Under the pieces are notes generated by a model. It had not been told where the DNA came from. It saw only the letters and a program-made list of their open reading frames with translations, and ran no database searches. This document shows, one piece after another, positions 60,333 through 64,000 of a stretch of DNA of 64,000 bases. Source of the DNA: Candidatus Cloacimonadales bacterium. Its GTDB lineage: Bacteria; Cloacimonadota; Cloacimonadia; Cloacimonadales; JAFGVF01. Position 1 is the first letter of the stretch; the number at the start of each line of letters is the position of its first letter. Position numbers and translations under genes: made by a program. The DNA is taken from assembly GCA_963663475.2 (NCBI GenBank), contig CAXXJV010000002.1:160001-224000 (forward strand). Direction: 5' to 3'.

Positions 60333-62186
60333 ATGGCTAAAATCGGGGCACAGGATTTTTTACCAATATCTCGCCAAGATATGCAAGCGAGGGGGTGGCA
60401 AGAACTAGATATTATTATTGTTTCTGGTGATGCATATATTGACCATCCCAGTTTCGCTGCGTCTGTTATTGGTCGTAGCTTAGAATCTAAGGGTTATAGA
60501 GTCGGAATAATCCCCCAACCCTCTATTACTAATCTAGATGACATCTCTGCTCTAGGACATCCTAGGCTTATGTGGGGAGTAACTTCTGGCAATATGGATT
60601 CTATGGTAAATCACTACACTGCCCAAAAGAAACTCCGCTCAGAAGACGCTTATAGTCCTGATGGACAAATTGGTTTAAGACCTGATAGAGCTGTCTTAAG
60701 ATACACAAATTTAATAAAACAATTTAGCAAAGATAAACCAATAATTATTGGAGGTATAGAGGCTTCAATGCGAAGAATTTCCCACTATGATTATTGGAGT
60801 GATAAAGTAAGAAATTCAATCTTGATAGATTCAAAAGCTGATATGCTTGTCTATGGTATGGGAGAATCAATAATTCAAGAAATAGCAGATAAGTTAAATG
60901 CTGGCTTCCCTATAGAATCCTTACAAGATATTAAAGGCACTGTTACTGTGCTTACTGAAATAGATGAATCTCAAGCCTATGAATTACTCCCAGATGCCTC
61001 AACTTGTTCTGATAAATCTAATTTTATAAAATTAACTCAGATTTTTCAAAATAATTATTCTTCTTCAATAATTTATCAGAAGTATGATAAACGCTATATT
61101 AAACATAACTTACCTGCTGATACTCCTCATTCTCAAGACTTAGATGATATCTATTCTCTACCATTTGTCAGAGATGTTCACCCTATATACAAAAATAAAA
61201 CTTTAAAAGCCTGGGAACAAATCAGAGACTCTATTACTGCTCATAGAGGTTGTGGGGGAGGATGTAATTTTTGTGCTATAGGTTATCATCAGGGGAAAAA
61301 AGTAGCTTCCAGAAGTTTAAAATCAATAATAGAAGAAGTTGAAAATCTAAGTCAAAAAGCATATTTTCATGGTACAATTTCTGACCTTGGTGGCCCTTCT
61401 GCTAATATGTATGGAATGTCATGCAAATTACCTCAAGGATTGGTCTGTAAAAGGTCATCCTGTCTCTACCCAAGTATTTGCCCAAACTTTGATTCAAATC
61501 ATGACTACTACCTAAAACTCCTAGATAAAGTTAATTGTCTTCCAGGTGTTAAAAACCTCTTTATCGCTTCTGGTATCCGTTTTGACCTAGCTCTTAAATC
61601 ACCTAAGTTTATTAAAACTATTACTAAAAGATATATTGGTGGCCATTTAAAATTAGCACCTGAACATAGTGTTCCAAAAGTTCTTAAACTAATGAACAAA
61701 CCAAATATTGATTTATATGAAGACTTTTCTAAACAATTCTTGCACTTCAGTCGGCAGGTAGATAAGAAACAACAAATAATTCCTTACATCATTGTAGGTC
61801 ATCCAGGAACAGACACCAAAGATGCAATCAAATTAGCACTCTACCTGAAAAAACATAATCTGCAATTAGAACAGGTACAAGAGTTTTATCCAACTCCTAT
61901 GACCCCTAGTACTGCTATGTATTATACTGAAAAAGATATTTCCACAGGAAATAAGATATTTGTAGCTAAAGGAAGAAATATCAGACTTCAAAAAGCTTTA
62001 GTTCAGTGGTTTATACCTAGCAACAAGAAATATGTGATTGAAGCTTTAAAATCTCAAGGTATGCTCAATCTCTTAGATGAATTCTACCCTAAGTCTTCAG
62101 CTAAGAAAAGTAAAAACTCAAAATTCTCGCCACAAGATAAGGGAAAGGAATATAGGCAGACTAAAAAGAGAAAGCAGAAAAAATGA
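60333..62186 (+). CDS. YgiQ family radical SAM protein
   Basis: 'GDAYIDHPSF', 'GNMDSMVNHYT', 'RGCGGGCNFC', 'LAPEH'. Confidence 0.93.
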   Translation: MAKIGAQDFLPISRQDMQARGWQELDIIIVSGDAYIDHPSFAASVIGRSLESKGYRVGIIPQPSITNLDDISALGHPRLMWGVTSGNMDSMVNHYTAQKKLRSEDAYSPDGQIGLRPDRAVLRYTNLIKQFSKDKPIIIGGIEASMRRISHYDYWSDKVRNSILIDSKADMLVYGMGESIIQEIADKLNAGFPIESLQDIKGTVTVLTEIDESQAYELLPDASTCSDKSNFIKLTQIFQNNYSSSIIYQKYDKRYIKHNLPADTPHSQDLDDIYSLPFVRDVHPIYKNKTLKAWEQIRDSITAHRGCGGGCNFCAIGYHQGKKVASRSLKSIIEEVENLSQKAYFHGTISDLGGPSANMYGMSCKLPQGLVCKRSSCLYPSICPNFDSNHDYYLKLLDKVNCLPGVKNLFIASGIRFDLALKSPKFIKTITKRYIGGHLKLAPEHSVPKVLKLMNKPNIDLYEDFSKQFLHFSRQVDKKQQIIPYIIVGHPGTDTKDAIKLALYLKKHNLQLEQVQEFYPTPMTPSTAMYYTEKDISTGNKIFVAKGRNIRLQKALVQWFIPSNKKYVIEALKSQGMLNLLDEFYPKSSAKKSKNSKFSPQDKGKEYRQTKKRKQKK

Positions 62187-62251
62187 AATTATGTTTGACA
62201 TATTCTTAGCTCTTGCAAAGTTTAAATATCACAAAAGTCTTGGAGAAAGTA

Positions 62252-63445
62252 ATGTTTAGAGTTATTATGATTTTATTAATCTTATCAACTAGTAGTTTGC
62301 TACAAGGATACCAAAGCCAAAATCCTGATGAAATAACTCTTAAAGAAAATGAACTAAAATCTAAGAAAAAAGAGATTCAAGCCTTAAAAGAAGATATAAA
62401 AAAACTACAAGACCAAGAAAATGCTATCAAGAATGATAAATCATTAACAAGTAAAGAAAAGGAAAGAAAAGGAAGAAAGCTCAGACAGCTGATTAAAGAT
62501 AAAACATACCTGAAAAACAATCTCCAATGGTGGGTAAATCAGGCAGAAAATGTGGAAAGTGAACTTAATCAGAAAAAAAATCAATCACAAAAAACTAAAT
62601 CATCCTTCGAGAATCTCCAAAATTCCTATGAAAAAGAACTTATAGCCCTCTTTCTACTCAATATCCCCAAAACTAATAATGATAATGTTCGTAAGAAAAT
62701 GTTATTGAAATCGCTAATGACCTACCAAGAAGACCTTATCTTTAACCTGGATACAGACTATCTGAAAGCTCAAAATGCTATTGCTGAAAACCAAGATAAA
62801 TTAACTAATATAAATGAGAAAATTGAAGATAAGCAAAAGCAACAAAATCAAGTTGACCAAGAATATGAAGAATATAAAAAAGAAACTGATAAACTTGAAA
62901 GTAAAATAGCTAATCTTAGCCAACAAGAAGCTCAAGTTCTCAAGCAAAGAAAGGCACTTCTCTCAGAAAAAGAAAGATTGGAAAGAGAAGCAGCAGAATT
63001 AGAAACTTTCATTGATGATTTGATTAGAGCTAAAGAAGATATTGATGCTTCTAAACTTGTAAATAATATTTTAATAAAAAGACCTTGTCAAGGAAACATA
63101 ATAAAAGAATTTGGTGCTAAACTAAATCAACTGTCAAAAGTAACTAGTAAAGGTATAGAAATAAACGCTAAACCAGGTAGTCCTATTCTTGCTGTTTATG
63201 ATGGACAAGTCCTTTTTAGTGGATTAGTTAAGTCAAGAGGTCAGCTAGTTATTGTAGATCATCTTAATGGATTTGTTTCTGTCTATGCTAATAACAGTTC
63301 CCTGAAAGTCTCTAAAGGAGAGCAGGTTCAACAAGGCCAAGTTATTGGATATTCTGGTACAGATTCAGAAGGCAGACCTATTGTTTACTTTGAATTAAGA
63401 AAAAACGGCAACCCAGTTAACCCAAAAATATATTTTATTAAATAA
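62252..63445 (+). CDS. EnvC-like murein hydrolase activator (coiled coil plus degenerate M23 domain)
   Basis: ATG 62252 after GGAG; signal peptide, long coiled coil; M23 motifs lacking Zn ligands ('SKGIEI', 'VYAN', 'IVYFELR'). Confidence 0.85.
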   Translation: MFRVIMILLILSTSSLLQGYQSQNPDEITLKENELKSKKKEIQALKEDIKKLQDQENAIKNDKSLTSKEKERKGRKLRQLIKDKTYLKNNLQWWVNQAENVESELNQKKNQSQKTKSSFENLQNSYEKELIALFLLNIPKTNNDNVRKKMLLKSLMTYQEDLIFNLDTDYLKAQNAIAENQDKLTNINEKIEDKQKQQNQVDQEYEEYKKETDKLESKIANLSQQEAQVLKQRKALLSEKERLEREAAELETFIDDLIRAKEDIDASKLVNNILIKRPCQGNIIKEFGAKLNQLSKVTSKGIEINAKPGSPILAVYDGQVLFSGLVKSRGQLVIVDHLNGFVSVYANNSSLKVSKGEQVQQGQVIGYSGTDSEGRPIVYFELRKNGNPVNPKIYFIK

Positions 63446-63487
63446 TAATAGAAAATTACTCATAAAAAAAGAATCTCAGGAGCTAAA

Positions 63488-64000
63488 TTGAAGCTTTATA
63501 AGGATATTAAGTTTAAAAATGTAGAAAAGATGATAGATAAATCTTTTCATGCTGATTCAGTTTTTTTACACCATACTGGATTTATGTTCGGAATAGGTGG
63601 AAGTATTGATAGTGAAATCGCTCTGACTAAAATTGCCAAAGTCAAGTCTCGCGATTCACTAAAGGGTTTTGTCGTCTTAGTTTCTAGCCTTGAAACTATC
63701 TTGCAAGCTATAGATAATCCTGATGGCAAAACTTGTCGCTTGTTAGAACAGTACTCACCAGGTAATGTTACTTTTGTGCTAAAATGTTCAGACCCTAGAT
63801 ACAAAAAGGTTGCCCAAGATGGCTATGTTGCTTTTAGACTTCCCCAAAATCCTATACTCTGCTATTTTATCAATAAGATTGGTAGTCCTATAGTCTCTTC
63901 AAGTATAAATCACAATGGTATGCCTCCTGAGACAGACTTAAAAACTATTGTAAAAACTTATATGTCATGGTTTGATTTTGGTTTCACTCCATATAAAAGC
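63488..64000 (+). CDS. TsaC/Sua5-family threonylcarbamoyl-AMP synthase (runs off window edge)
   Basis: Not in ORF track. Hand translation from TTG 63488 (AGGAG RBS): 'KVKSRDSLKGF', 'YSPGNVTFVL', 'VAFRLP', 'PIVSSSIN'. Confidence 0.8.
   Translation, partial: MKLYKDIKFKNVEKMIDKSFHADSVFLHHTGFMFGIGGSIDSEIALTKIAKVKSRDSLKGFVVLVSSLETILQAIDNPDGKTCRLLEQYSPGNVTFVLKCSDPRYKKVAQDGYVAFRLPQNPILCYFINKIGSPIVSSSINHNGMPPETDLKTIVKTYMSWFDFGFTPYKS

Noticed and set aside
62252-63445. Loss of M23 zinc ligands as a novelty
   Set aside because: Expected for EnvC-type amidase activators.
63547-63804. 85-aa minus-strand ORF
   Set aside because: Antisense shadow of the tsaC/sua5-like gene.
1-64000. tRNA/rRNA genes, transposases, prophage or integrase
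   Set aside because: None recognised by eye; tRNAscan-SE, Infernal and ISEScan would be needed to exclude them formally.

Overview
AT-rich bacterial chromosome segment. The many secreted proteins ending in a 'YPNPFNP...WxG...SSGxY' C-terminal sorting domain, plus a C25-family protein, suggest an FCB-group organism, most plausibly Candidatus Cloacimonadota (inference). Most of the window is ordinary housekeeping: trmB, dgt, ndk, the rimP-nusA-ylxR-ylxQ-infB-rbfA-nrnA-truB-ribF operon, miaB, era, feoB, dinB, nth, csp, ygiQ, envC and a partial tsaC. The standout is the first 12 kb. A tightly coupled minus-strand operon encodes a single-chain FliF(ring domain)-TM-FliG(M+C) fusion, MotA, MotB, an ExeA-type AAA ATPase and a Wzc/GumC-type polysaccharide co-polymerase, with no other flagellar gene in the window. 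It is transcribed divergently from a giant FG-GAP/Ig-repeat adhesin with a type-B T9SS-like C-terminal domain and its PorV/SprF-like barrel partner. This looks like a candidate flagellum-independent rotary motor tied to polysaccharide export and/or surface adhesion or gliding. Intergenic regions also carry a modular family of palindromic, GTAG-containing REP/MITE-like repeats, concentrated in a 725-bp mosaic between era and feoB. I recognised no rRNA, tRNA, CRISPR array or transposase. All family assignments come from motif reading by eye, not database searches.
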